A stretch of DNA of 64,000 bases, from assembly GCA_963718995.1 (NCBI GenBank), contig CAVRAP010000006.1, positions 5,795 through 69,794 of the forward strand. Reading direction: 5' to 3'. Positions 1-8,954 of the stretch are shown one piece after another. Origin of the DNA: an uncultured Actinomycetota bacterium (GTDB lineage Bacteria > Actinomycetota > Acidimicrobiia > Spongiisociales > UBA4744). The position numbers and the translations under genes were made by a program. The notes under the pieces were generated by a model. The model saw only the letters and a program-made list of their open reading frames with translations. It did not search any database and was not told where the DNA came from. Position 1 is the first letter of the stretch; every line of letters begins with the position of its first letter.

Positions 1-61
1 GTCGGCGGAGAGTATAGGAAAGTCCGGGTACCCCGGAGCTCTGAGGGCATCCGCCAAAGGT

Positions 62-649
62 TTAAGTCCCCGGTACCCCGAACCGGGCCAACCCCTCTTC
101 AATCGCCGCTTCGGAATCGACGCTGAACCACGAGCGACCGTCCTCACCCCACGTTTGCCACTCGGCTGCTTCGATGGGGCTGAGGAGCATCTCATCGAGG
201 AGGGACTGGATCGATCCGCCGGCGGCATCCTCGGCCTCCGCCCGTTCCGCCCAGGACCCCGGGTAGACCGCGCACGTTACCTGCCGGGCAGGGCCGGCAA
301 TAGGTACGACGGCGTGCAGCGGTCCGGCCTGCTCGAGGAGACTGCGGAGGGTTGCCGTGCGAACCCACGGTTGGTCGACCGCCACCACCAGAACCGGTTC
401 ACCATCGGCGATGCGCAAGGCAGTGGCCAGTCCGGCCAGCGGGCCGCGCCGGGCCGGATGGTCGTCCGGCACGCACGCGATTCCGGCCAGGGTCCCGGAC
501 CTGCCCAGCACCACCAATTGGCTTGTCACAGGCCTCATCGCCTCGGCCACCCACTCGATCATCGGCCGGCCCGCTACCTCAACCAGTGCTTTGTCGCGCC
601 CCATACGGGCGGCGCCGCCGCCCGCCAAAATGACACCAAGATGGTTCAT
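62..649 (-). CDS. MobA-like NTP transferase (molybdenum cofactor guanylyltransferase family)
   Basis: ORF 62..973 trimmed to the internal ATG (minus-strand codon at 649..647). N-terminus 'MNHLGVILAGGGAARMGRDKAL' is the typical nucleotidyl-transferase glycine loop. The upstream 108 codons look like high-GC read-through. Confidence 0.5.
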   Translation of the reverse strand: MNHLGVILAGGGAARMGRDKALVEVAGRPMIEWVAEAMRPVTSQLVVLGRSGTLAGIACVPDDHPARRGPLAGLATALRIADGEPVLVVAVDQPWVRTATLRSLLEQAGPLHAVVPIAGPARQVTCAVYPGSWAERAEAEDAAGGSIQSLLDEMLLSPIEAAEWQTWGEDGRSWFSVDSEAAIEEGLARFGVPGT

Positions 650-825
650 AGTTGCCACGGTAATTGCTCCCGGCGTATCCCCGTCATCTTCGTGGTTTTG
701 GCCGCCGGCAGGGGAGTTGTCTCTCCATTCGCCGTGCCGCCCTTCACTACCTTTGTCATCCGTGCTGGTGACTAAGGTTTCACGACGGGGGACCATTCTT
801 GACGGGTCAGTTTTGATGAGGCGGC

Positions 826-1914
826 ATGAAGTTCGACATTCAGATAATCCCGTACCGACCGGAGTTTCGCGGGCGGGTAGCGGAATTGCGGAGTTCGGTG
901 CTCGGCCACTCACCTGCAGAGAATGAGCTGTATATCGATTGGAAATACGAAAGAAATCCTTTTCCTGACGCAACGGTCCTGTACCTGGCGGTCGCGGGAG
1001 AGCGGGTTATCGGTATGCGCGGCATGTTCGGGACGAAGTGGGAATTCGCCTCCAGCAACGTCATCGCGATGTCACAAGACGCGGACGTTATCGTCGTTCC
1101 GGACCATCGCGGCCAGGGGATATACCGGGCTATGGACAAAGCCGCACTGGCGCACATGGCCGAGAAGGGTGTCTCCCACATGATCTCGATGAGCTCCAAT
1201 GCTGTCAATCGCGCGGCGGCTGCTCACCTGGGTTGGACAACGGTGGCCGGGTACGAGTTCGCCAGGAGGAAGGTGCGGGGATGGCCGTTCCGACCAGAAC
1301 TCACCGGCCGTTTGGACGTTGCCATTCGCCGCAGGCTGCACTCCGGACTGCTCGGCAAAGGCCAATTTCACTATTTCGACCGACGGGGGAACGCGAACTC
1401 TGGATCAACCTGGAGCGGATCCCAGGTGGACCCGGACAGCTTGTCCCAGGTGTTCGAACGATCGACCAGAACCCGTCCGATCCGCCCGATCCAAAGCTCT
1501 GAATATCTCACCTGGCGGTACCGGAACCCGATCGCAGAGTATCGGTTCCTGTATTCGGGGCGGGACCCGGTTGACGGCTACCTGGTGCTGGGCAAGGCCA
1601 ATCCATGGCATCTGTGGATCGTCGACATGCAGGCGAACGACGCCGACGTCGCCCGCGACCTACTCGCGAGCGCAATCAAACGCGCCTCGTGGGCTGCCCT
1701 GGACCTGTGGACGGTTTCACTGGCCAAGCCTCAGGCAGATTTGCTCGAGGAGTTTGCCTTCCGAAAGCTCCAGCCCAACACATCGCCCGCCACGGAGGGT
1801 GTCTTCATGGTGCGCCCGACTGCCGTAGGTGACATGTCACTCATGCTCGGCGGCGTTTCCTTGAAGGACATCGACAACTGGGATCTCCGCATGATCACGT
1901 CGGACGCCTACTGA
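826..1914 (+). CDS. GNAT-family acetyltransferase domain protein (362 aa)
   Basis: Motif 'VIVVPDHRGQGIYRAMDKAA' resembles the GNAT acetyl-CoA binding Q/RxxGxG/A segment. No closer family assignment is possible from sequence alone. Confidence 0.4.
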   Translation: MKFDIQIIPYRPEFRGRVAELRSSVLGHSPAENELYIDWKYERNPFPDATVLYLAVAGERVIGMRGMFGTKWEFASSNVIAMSQDADVIVVPDHRGQGIYRAMDKAALAHMAEKGVSHMISMSSNAVNRAAAAHLGWTTVAGYEFARRKVRGWPFRPELTGRLDVAIRRRLHSGLLGKGQFHYFDRRGNANSGSTWSGSQVDPDSLSQVFERSTRTRPIRPIQSSEYLTWRYRNPIAEYRFLYSGRDPVDGYLVLGKANPWHLWIVDMQANDADVARDLLASAIKRASWAALDLWTVSLAKPQADLLEEFAFRKLQPNTSPATEGVFMVRPTAVGDMSLMLGGVSLKDIDNWDLRMITSDAY

Positions 1915-1970
1915 AGCAGTTCGCCGCTCGCAAGATTCACGGGCGGTCATCGCGACCATATTGTTCCGGT

Positions 1971-2474
1971 TCAAGGCTCCCGGATCTCGACGTTGAGGGT
2001 CATGTCGCCTGCATTCTGAAACTGGAGGGTGAGTTCCAGTTCGCCGCCTTCGACGAAGTCCTCGATCTTGTCGATACACATCACGTGGAGTCCGCCTTGT
2101 TCGAGAACCGCAGAGCCTCCCGCCGGGACCGTGATTCTGCCGTCTTCCGCAGGTCGCATGGCCATGGCTCCCTCGTCGTTCATGTAGGACTCGTGCAGTT
2201 CGACCGTTTCGCACGCAGGCGAACTGGCGTTGATGAGGGCGTCATCATCAGCTCCGTTGTTCTTGATGGTCATGAAGAACGCTCCGGTGGTTGCAACCGT
2301 CGGCGACGGCCGTCCCCACGCGTCTGAGATCTCAATGCCGGTGTCGCCGCTACAGGACACGGTCGTCGTAACCACCACCATGGCCACCATGGCCAAGACC
2401 AAACGTGTCGTTGTCCGTTTCACTCTTTTTCCTCCGGGTAGACGTTTCCGTCCTCCCTCCCAGACCTTGTTCAC
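1971..2474 (-). CDS. copper chaperone PCu(A)C (DUF461/YcnI-like) lipoprotein
   Basis: Hydrophobic signal with lipobox 'TTTVSCSG'. Conserved PCuAC-like segments 'FFMTIKNNG', 'MAMRP' and 'HVMCIDK' (Met/His Cu ligands). True start may be an internal ATG near 2390. Confidence 0.65.
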   Translation of the reverse strand: MNKVWEGGRKRLPGGKRVKRTTTRLVLAMVAMVVVTTTVSCSGDTGIEISDAWGRPSPTVATTGAFFMTIKNNGADDDALINASSPACETVELHESYMNDEGAMAMRPAEDGRITVPAGGSAVLEQGGLHVMCIDKIEDFVEGGELELTLQFQNAGDMTLNVEIREP

Positions 2475-3100
2475 CGCAGCATGTATTCGAGGTCGGCGGC
2501 GATGGCATCGGCGCCGGTTCCGTAGCCGATGACCAGCTTGAGGCGCCCTTCCCTGTCGATCACATTGAGGGTGGCGACGTGATCAACGAGATAGTTTGAT
2601 GCGCCTTCTTCTTCGTGCGCCTCGTACCAGATGCCGTAGGGCGTCGCGGCGCTGCGCACCTCGTCGTCGGTGCCGGTCACCCCGACAAACGTGGGGTTGA
2701 AAAACTCAACGTATTCGGCCAGTTTGGCGGGGTCATCGCGGGCGGGATCGACCGAGATCATGATCAGCTGCACGTCGTCGGCATCATTCCCCAGTTGAGC
2801 AAGGGCCTTGTTGACATCCGAGAGGGTGGTCGGGCACACGTCCGGGCAGAATGTGTAACCGAAGTAGAGCACAACCAGTTTGCCCCGATAGTCGCTGAGG
2901 CTGACCGGCCCGTTGGCCGAGGTGAGGGTGAAATCAACCGCAGGCATCTCCGACTGGAGCACGGTCCCGCTGAATTGGTGGGGACGCAAGCGGGGCAGGA
3001 TCAACCAGGCGAACAGAGCCAGGACGACCGTGACCCCCAGGACAATCGGGAGGAGGAGGCCGACAGATTTGGCGCGAGGCGTGTCTTGGAGATCGGTCAT
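2471..3100 (-). CDS. SCO1/SenC family copper-binding thioredoxin-fold protein
   Basis: N-terminal TM helix, CxxxC motif 'CPDVCP' and the 'DH' copper ligand region of the SCO family. 4-nt overlap with the upstream gene. Confidence 0.8.
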   Translation of the reverse strand: MTDLQDTPRAKSVGLLLPIVLGVTVVLALFAWLILPRLRPHQFSGTVLQSEMPAVDFTLTSANGPVSLSDYRGKLVVLYFGYTFCPDVCPTTLSDVNKALAQLGNDADDVQLIMISVDPARDDPAKLAEYVEFFNPTFVGVTGTDDEVRSAATPYGIWYEAHEEEGASNYLVDHVATLNVIDREGRLKLVIGYGTGADAIAADLEYMLR

Positions 3101-3909
3101 GGTGAATAGCAGAGGAATAGGTGGGCAGCCTCGTAGGCGAGGGTAGTGGCGCCGGTGCTCTTCTCGACCTCCTCGGCGATGACGCCGAGGTGACGAACGA
3201 TGCGATCGACATCAGGCGAAACGGTCTTGTACCTGTACTCGTTGCGGATGATCCCGTACCCGTCGACGAGGACAAAGCCGGGGTCGAGGATGAACGTCCC
3301 GTCGTCCTGCTGTTCATAGAACGTGCGAAACCCTCCGCCGACGATATCTTTGAGCGCCCCCTGGTTATCGGTTGTGGCAAATCGCCAGTTCGGCCCTGCC
3401 CCGAGTTCCGCGGCGTGGGCGGCCATAGTCTGCGGTGTGTCGCGCTCCGGGTCGACCGAGATGGTCACAAACTCGACCTGGTTGCCGTACAACTCGACTT
3501 CCGAGAGCCGGCTCTGCACAGCCTGCATCGTGGCGTCGACGTCCCCACATGGTGGCGGGCAGTTGGTGTAGGTAAAGCTGTAGAGCACGAATGTGCCCCG
3601 GAGGTCTTCACTGGTGAGGCGTTGACCGGATTGATCGGTCATGGTGAATCCCGGCGCCAGACGGATCCGGGGCAACACTTGCACCGGCTGGAACACGACG
3701 AAAGCGAATACGGATGCGAAGACAATGACCGCAAAGCTGATAAGCCCGATTTTCCAACCGCGGCTCAACATGCGGGGTTCCCGGTCGGTGCCTGCGGTGG
3801 AAGCTCGTAATCCAGCCATATCGTCATCAGCCGGTTCATGGTAGCTGTGCTCTGCGCGAGCAAATCCGGGCCCGGCCGGCGTCTGAACGACCAGGGCTAC
3901 ACTGCCCAT
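3097..3909 (-). CDS. SCO1/SenC family protein (second paralogue)
   Basis: TM helix 'IGLISFAVIVFASVFAFVVF', CxxxC 'CPPPCG' and the SCO fold. Start more likely the internal ATG at 3771 ('MLSRGWKIG'). Confidence 0.75.
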   Translation of the reverse strand: MGSVALVVQTPAGPGFARAEHSYHEPADDDMAGLRASTAGTDREPRMLSRGWKIGLISFAVIVFASVFAFVVFQPVQVLPRIRLAPGFTMTDQSGQRLTSEDLRGTFVLYSFTYTNCPPPCGDVDATMQAVQSRLSEVELYGNQVEFVTISVDPERDTPQTMAAHAAELGAGPNWRFATTDNQGALKDIVGGGFRTFYEQQDDGTFILDPGFVLVDGYGIIRNEYRYKTVSPDVDRIVRHLGVIAEEVEKSTGATTLAYEAAHLFLCYSP

Positions 3910-3914
3910 TCGTC

Positions 3915-4337
3915 ATGCGTCGCCCACTCCTCGCCCTGGTTGTTGCCCTGGTGCTCCTGTCGGGTTGTGGAGAGGACGAAGGCAGCAATCTGGCCCCCGA
4001 CGCGGTCCCCGGCAGTATTCCGAACCTTTTCGGAAGCTACGTCGTCAACGGTTTCGACCCCCTCGGAACCGAGTACGGCGGACACCTGACCATCACCGAA
4101 GGCGAGGGCCTCAACCGCTTCCACCTCCAGTGGATCATCACCGGCAGCGTCCAGGAGGGGATCGCCAGCCTCGACGGCAACAAGCTGCTCGTCGAGTGGA
4201 GAACGGTCGATGGGCTCAACGCCGAGGCTTCCGGAACGGCCGAATACACAGTGACCGAAGCGGGCGAGCTGTATGGGACCCGCACCGTGGTCGGCAGCGA
4301 CGAGGTCGGCACGGAAGAAGCGTTCCCGAACCCCTAG
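3915..4337 (+). CDS. small secreted lipoprotein, unknown function
   Basis: Signal peptide plus lipobox 'LVLLSGCGEDE'. 140 aa with no recognisable catalytic motif. Confidence 0.55.
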   Translation: MRRPLLALVVALVLLSGCGEDEGSNLAPDAVPGSIPNLFGSYVVNGFDPLGTEYGGHLTITEGEGLNRFHLQWIITGSVQEGIASLDGNKLLVEWRTVDGLNAEASGTAEYTVTEAGELYGTRTVVGSDEVGTEEAFPNP

Positions 4338-4346
4338 GTTTCAAAC

Positions 4347-4411
4347 CGTTCTTGCGTGAGTTTCCTGCGGATATTCGCGGTTTCTCACGCAAGAACGGGA
4401 TTTTCCGCCGT
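4347..4411. terminator. perfect 15-bp inverted repeat (ccgttcttgcgtgag ... ctcacgcaagaacgg) with 22-nt spacer
   Basis: Read directly from the sequence. It lies immediately after the stop of the lipoprotein gene. It could be a terminator or an operator. Confidence 0.5.
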
Positions 4412-4453
4412 TCCTCCCCTAAAGGTGTGCCGTTGAGATATCGATATATCCAC

Positions 4454-4804
4454 ATGCCTCATTTCAACGGGACGATTCAACTCGACGACGGTGACGGTCT
4501 TGAGACGATCCTGACGGTCGACTCCGGTCGACTCATCGCGAAAGCGGGAGAACACGAAATCGGCAACTGGGCCGTCGGAGAACTCGAGATGGAACGTCGC
4601 AACGGTGAGTTCCACATCAAGGTGGAAGGCGAAGAGCTAGTCGTCGGGGTTGAAGACGCGGTCGGCTTCACGGAGATCCTCGGGATCAAAGAAGCGAAGG
4701 TGAAGGAAGGTCGACAGAAGAAAGTCCAGGGCCCCCGAGGGTCAAGCGGAAGGAGCGCAATCAGGCAGAGGCGAACCCGCCCGCCGCATCTCCCGCTCCC
4801 GTAG
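4454..4804 (+). CDS. hypothetical protein (116 aa)
   Basis: Internal ATG of ORF 3965..4804. The region upstream of the ATG is Arg/Pro-rich read-through. Acidic, no motif. Confidence 0.35.
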   Translation: MPHFNGTIQLDDGDGLETILTVDSGRLIAKAGEHEIGNWAVGELEMERRNGEFHIKVEGEELVVGVEDAVGFTEILGIKEAKVKEGRQKKVQGPRGSSGRSAIRQRRTRPPHLPLP

Positions 4805-4815
4805 TTGCGGCACCC

Positions 4816-5142
4816 GTGGCCGTGACCGAACCCCCGCCCCCGTCGATCGCCGACGCCGACGCGGCCTCCGAAAAGGGACCATCTCTGTGGGCCCGGATCC
4901 CGGCACGCGGGAAGCTGGCCGGCCTCGGTGTGATCGGTCTCGTCGTGTTCTTCTTTCTCGCCCCCAACTTGCTGGCCCTCCTGCTCCTCCTCGTCGGGGT
5001 TGCGACCCTGTTCCTGGCGATCGCCGCCAAGAGCGAGAGCGGGACGGGTGTGCTTCCGCCGCCCTTCTTCGCGACCAACGCAGCCATTGCCGGTGGTATC
5101 GGGAGTGCGGTGTTGGCGCTGATCATCATGGTGATCACCTAG
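4816..5142 (+). CDS. small membrane protein (2 TM helices)
   Basis: Two hydrophobic stretches: 'LAGLGVIGLVVFFFLAPNLLALLLLLVGVATLFLAIAA' and 'IAGGIGSAVLALIIMVIT'. Confidence 0.4.
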   Translation: MAVTEPPPPSIADADAASEKGPSLWARIPARGKLAGLGVIGLVVFFFLAPNLLALLLLLVGVATLFLAIAAKSESGTGVLPPPFFATNAAIAGGIGSAVLALIIMVIT

Positions 5143-5226
5143 CTCGACCACGCGGTCGAAAGCGCTGAACCCTTCTTTTTGCCGGCGTCGCGATATGCGC
5201 GATAGTTGTAGCCCGACCATCGCGAG

Positions 5227-6243
5227 GTGTCCGCCGTGTACCAGCCTTCCGACAACCGTTACGACAGTATGACCTTTGCCCGTTGCGGCCGCAGCGGCCT
5301 CGACCTGCCGAGGCTCTCGCTGGGCTTGTGGCATAACTTCGGTGGTGAGGGACTCTCGAAAAACGCTCGCACCATGCTGCTCAACTCCTTCGATCACGGC
5401 ATCACTCACTTCGACCTGGCCAACAACTACGGGCCGCCTCCAGGATCAGCAGAAGAGAACTTCGGCAAGATCATGGCCTCCGACCTGGCTCCGTACCGGG
5501 ACGAGCTGGTCATCTCGACCAAGGCCGGCTACCTGATGTGGGACGGACCCTACGGTGAATGGGGATCGCGCAAGTACCTGATCTCGAGCCTCGATCAGAG
5601 CCTGAAACGAATGGGTCTCGAATACGTCGACATCTTCTATTCGCATCGTTTCGATCCGGCAACGCCTCTCGAGGAAACGATGGCGGCTCTCGACTCGGCG
5701 GTGCGGTCGGGCAAGGCTCTCTATGCCGGCATCTCGTCCTACGGCCCGGACCAGACCCGGGAAGCTGCGGCCATTCTCAAGTCGCTTGGCACCCCGTGTC
5801 TGATCCATCAGCCGTCGTACTCCATGCTCAACCGCTGGGTTGAAGAGGGACTGCTCAACGTTCTCGAAGAGGAGGGCATCGGCTGCATTGCGTTCTCGCC
5901 GCTCGCCCAGGGTTTGCTGACGGACAAGTACCTCAAAGGTGTTCCGAAACGGTCCCGGGCCGCCCTCGGTGACTCGTTCAGCACCGAGCTTCTCACCGAA
6001 CAGAACCTGGCCAACGTCAGGGGACTCCACGAGATTGCGGCCGAACGCGGACAAACCCTGGCGCAGATGGCTATCGCCTGGGTTCTGCGTGACTCGCGGG
6101 TGACCTCGGCCCTGGTCGGCGCCAGCCGCTGGAAACAGATCGAGGACCTCCTCCAGGCCCTGGAACGCCCGGCTTTCAGCGACGAGGAGTTGGCCGCCAT
6201 CGACCGGTTCGCCCTGGACGGAGGCATCAACATCTGGGGGTAG
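5227..6243 (+). CDS. aldo/keto reductase (Tas/YghZ-like, L-glyceraldehyde-3-phosphate reductase type)
   Basis: AKR signatures: 'LGLWHNFG', 'FDLANNYGPPPGSAEENFG', 'ISTKAGY', 'YVDIFYSHRFDP' and 'ALVGASRWKQIEDLL'. Confidence 0.85.
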   Translation: MSAVYQPSDNRYDSMTFARCGRSGLDLPRLSLGLWHNFGGEGLSKNARTMLLNSFDHGITHFDLANNYGPPPGSAEENFGKIMASDLAPYRDELVISTKAGYLMWDGPYGEWGSRKYLISSLDQSLKRMGLEYVDIFYSHRFDPATPLEETMAALDSAVRSGKALYAGISSYGPDQTREAAAILKSLGTPCLIHQPSYSMLNRWVEEGLLNVLEEEGIGCIAFSPLAQGLLTDKYLKGVPKRSRAALGDSFSTELLTEQNLANVRGLHEIAAERGQTLAQMAIAWVLRDSRVTSALVGASRWKQIEDLLQALERPAFSDEELAAIDRFALDGGINIWG

Positions 6244-6400
6244 CCCCCCTCCGCTTCTCGCCTTTTGGCGAGAACCACCTCCCCCCTTCTCGTCGAGCTT
6301 CGCTCGCACGTTTGGTTGGTGGGAGCGAGCCCCCCTCCGCTTCTCGCCTTTTGGCGAGAACCACCTCCCCCCTTCTCGTCGAGCTTCGCTCGCCAGGGGG
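6244..6400. repeat. tandem duplication (2 x ~88 bp) of a GC-rich palindromic element
   Basis: Unit 'cccccctccgcttctcgccttttggcgagaaccacctccccccttctcgtcgagcttcgctcgc' occurs twice. It contains the hairpin ttctcgcc-tttt-ggcgagaa. Sits between the convergent AKR and cbaA genes. Confidence 0.8.
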
Positions 6401-6409
6401 GAGGTTGGG

Positions 6410-8104
6410 CTACCAGGGGCGGATGGTGGGGGCCCGGCCGGAGCTGAGGTCGATATTGGCGATCTGATCTACCAGTTGCGGGCCGTAGGCGACCAGGATC
6501 AGGAGGACGGTTGCCACGATCCACGGTACCCAGCGGTCGAGCCAGAGGGGGGTGAGCTGGGGGTCCTGCTCGGATTCGGCCACGGGGATCTCGATCGCCT
6601 GTCCCGACCCGAGGCGCTCCTTGCCCCAGGCGGTGCGGGCCATGATCACGAAGTACATGATGGCGGACACCATGAGGATGGTGCCGCCCAAACCGACCCG
6701 CAGGAGGTGGCCGGTCCACTCCTCAGGAACGTACGGGGCTACCCCGAGCGGGGTCCGGCGCGGTGCGCCGAGCAATCCGAGTACATGCATGGCGTTGGAG
6801 AAAATGAGCATGCCGATGAACCAGGTCCAGGCCTGGATGACCGCCATCCGGGGTTTCCACAGCGGTTTGCCGGTGATCCACGGCACCAGCCAGTAGGAGA
6901 TGCCCATGAAGGAGAGGGTGGTGGCCGTGGCCACGGTCAAGTGAAAATGCCCGGGCACCCAGGTGGTGTTGTGGATCACGAGGTTGACGTTGTACGACGC
7001 GTTGGTGAGTCCGCCGATCCCACCGAACATGAACAGGATCCCGGCCAGGAGCTGCGCGGTGACCGACCCATCGCTCCACGGGAGCGCGCGCACCCAGCCC
7101 AGCAGGCCCTTCCCGCCCCGCCGGCGAGCCGCACGTTCGAGTGAGGCAATCACGGTGAAGGCGGTGAGCATCGACGGCAGGAACACCGAGTAGGTGAGCA
7201 CGGCGTGGATGTATTTCCATGCAGCCGGGACGCCCGGATCGGCGAACTGATGGTGGAAACCGAGTGGTACCGACAGCAACAGGAAGAGCCACATGGCCAG
7301 GCGGGCCAGCGAATCAGAGAACAGCTTTCCGCCCGCCTGTTTCGGCAGCATCCCGTACCAGGACACGTAGGCAGGGAGCAGCCAGAAGTAGACCAGCGGG
7401 TGGCCCGTGAACCAGAAATAGGTGCGGGCCAGTTGCGGGTCGGTACCTTCGATCAGTCCCAGCGACCAGGGCAGCAGCATGGTGAGGATCTCCACGGCGA
7501 TCCCCAGGGTGGCGAACTGCCACATGGCCATCGTGACCAAACCACCGAAAGCAATGAAGGGGGTCCTGGTGTCCGGATTGTCCTTGCGCCACGCCCGGTA
7601 GGTGAAGAAGAAGCCGTATCCCTCGATCCAGCTTCCGACCACCACCAGCGTCAGCCCGGCATAGAACGCCCAGTTGGCCTGGAGCGGCGGGTAGAAGGTG
7701 TAGAGGACCGATGCTTCGTCCAGAAGGATCGGAACGGCCGCCGTGACCAGACCGACCACCATGGTCCAGAAGCCGACCCGGTTGAGCCTGGGGAAGCGGA
7801 GCCCCCGCTTGAACCCGATCAACGTGGTCAGGGTGAAGAACCCGGTGATGAAGAAGGTCGTCCAGATCAGGGCGTTGAGCACCCCGTGAATCGTGAGACC
7901 CTGGTAGTAGGTCTTGAAGACGGGTTGCAGATACGGATAGAGATCTACCCCGGAGAACTGGAAGGCTTGCAAGGGACCAAAGAAGGTGCCGATCGACAGA
8001 GCGATAATGGCGACGAGAATATGGGCGCCAATGAACCGCTTGTCCTTCCTGGTCACCTCGTAGGTGGCCGGCTCGTCTCTTCCTATCTCTTCGCGAGTCG
8101 CCAT
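6410..8104 (-). CDS. cbaA: cytochrome c oxidase subunit I, ba3 (B-family) type
   Basis: 564 aa with 13 or more TM helices. The N-terminal region, overall length and the accompanying subunit II/IIa pair match the Thermus-type ba3 oxidase. Confidence 0.85.
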   Translation of the reverse strand: MATREEIGRDEPATYEVTRKDKRFIGAHILVAIIALSIGTFFGPLQAFQFSGVDLYPYLQPVFKTYYQGLTIHGVLNALIWTTFFITGFFTLTTLIGFKRGLRFPRLNRVGFWTMVVGLVTAAVPILLDEASVLYTFYPPLQANWAFYAGLTLVVVGSWIEGYGFFFTYRAWRKDNPDTRTPFIAFGGLVTMAMWQFATLGIAVEILTMLLPWSLGLIEGTDPQLARTYFWFTGHPLVYFWLLPAYVSWYGMLPKQAGGKLFSDSLARLAMWLFLLLSVPLGFHHQFADPGVPAAWKYIHAVLTYSVFLPSMLTAFTVIASLERAARRRGGKGLLGWVRALPWSDGSVTAQLLAGILFMFGGIGGLTNASYNVNLVIHNTTWVPGHFHLTVATATTLSFMGISYWLVPWITGKPLWKPRMAVIQAWTWFIGMLIFSNAMHVLGLLGAPRRTPLGVAPYVPEEWTGHLLRVGLGGTILMVSAIMYFVIMARTAWGKERLGSGQAIEIPVAESEQDPQLTPLWLDRWVPWIVATVLLILVAYGPQLVDQIANIDLSSGRAPTIRPW

Positions 8105-8608
8105 CTACTTCTCCACCACCGTAAGGCTCCCGAACATGAAGGCATGTCCGGTGCCGCAATACTCGGTGCAGACATAGGGGTAGTCGCCAACCTTGTCGAA
8201 GGTGTGGGTCAATTTGGATACTTGCCCGGGGAGGATCTGCATGTTGATGTTGGTGTTCTGGAGTTTGAATCCGTGCTGAATGTCCAGGCTGGTGACGTAG
8301 AAAGTGACCGTGGAGTTGACCGGGACTTCAACTTCTCTGGGCTCGAACTGCCAGGTGGTTGAATTGCCGATGATGTAGAGCTCGTAGACGCCGGGGGAGA
8401 GTTCCCGCAGGCCCGGGTTCTCCCACGGACCGGTGAGGTTGTTGGGATCTACCCGCTCCTCGGGAGAGGGGACCTGAAACCCGAGGGCAAAACCGGCGAC
8501 GGTGACGGCGGCGGCGAAGACGATCACCAGGATGATCGAGACCCGCATCCAGTTCTTCTCATACGGGTCGATGTGCAAGGTCTCTTTGGTTGCGCCTGAT
8601 TCGCTCAT
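8105..8608 (-). CDS. cbaB: cytochrome c oxidase subunit II, ba3 type (CuA)
   Basis: 167 aa with one TM helix and the CuA motif 'HGF...CTEYCGTGHAFM'. Start 'MSESGATKE' overlaps the stop of the IIa gene (ATGA). Confidence 0.85.
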   Translation of the reverse strand: MSESGATKETLHIDPYEKNWMRVSIILVIVFAAAVTVAGFALGFQVPSPEERVDPNNLTGPWENPGLRELSPGVYELYIIGNSTTWQFEPREVEVPVNSTVTFYVTSLDIQHGFKLQNTNINMQILPGQVSKLTHTFDKVGDYPYVCTEYCGTGHAFMFGSLTVVEK

Positions 8609-8751
8609 ACCGTGACACCTCGCGAGAGCAGGATCACATAAACGGATCCCCACAGGATGATGATCGCCAGCACGAACATCACCAGGATCGCCACCGTCCC
8701 TCGCGGTTGAAACTCCTCTTCCTCAATTTCGGTTCGCGCCTCGTCGGCCAT
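8605..8751 (-). CDS. cbaD: cytochrome ba3 oxidase subunit IIa (48-aa single-TM peptide)
   Basis: Translated by hand from the minus strand: MADEARTEIEEEEFQPRGTVAILVMFVLAIIILWGSVYVILLSRGVTV. This is the same single-helix architecture as Thermus subunit IIa. Not in the supplied ORF list because it is under 60 aa. Confidence 0.6.
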   Translation of the reverse strand: MADEARTEIEEEEFQPRGTVAILVMFVLAIIILWGSVYVILLSRGVTV

Positions 8752-8954
8752 TCGTATCCCCTCGGCGGTGGCCCGCACGCTCGGACCGAATCGGTGTGAT
8801 TCCGGGCGAGCTTAGGAAACGAATCCGCCTGCTGCAATGTCATGAAGAAAGTGAATTTGTGCACCGCTTTGGATTGAGCCGTCGGCGCGTCGGTTTAAGA
8901 TGAGGCCGCCTTCACGCTGGAGGGGTTTTGACTTCCGGAAACTCGAAGAGACTC

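Noticed and set aside
6476-8362. Long ORFs overlapping cbaA on both strands (6476..7144 +, 7205..8362 +, 7314..8159 -, 6723..7292 -)
   Set aside because: They are Arg/Pro/Gly-rich with no motifs and are entirely nested within or antisense to the well-supported oxidase subunit I gene. They are typical spurious open frames of high-GC DNA.
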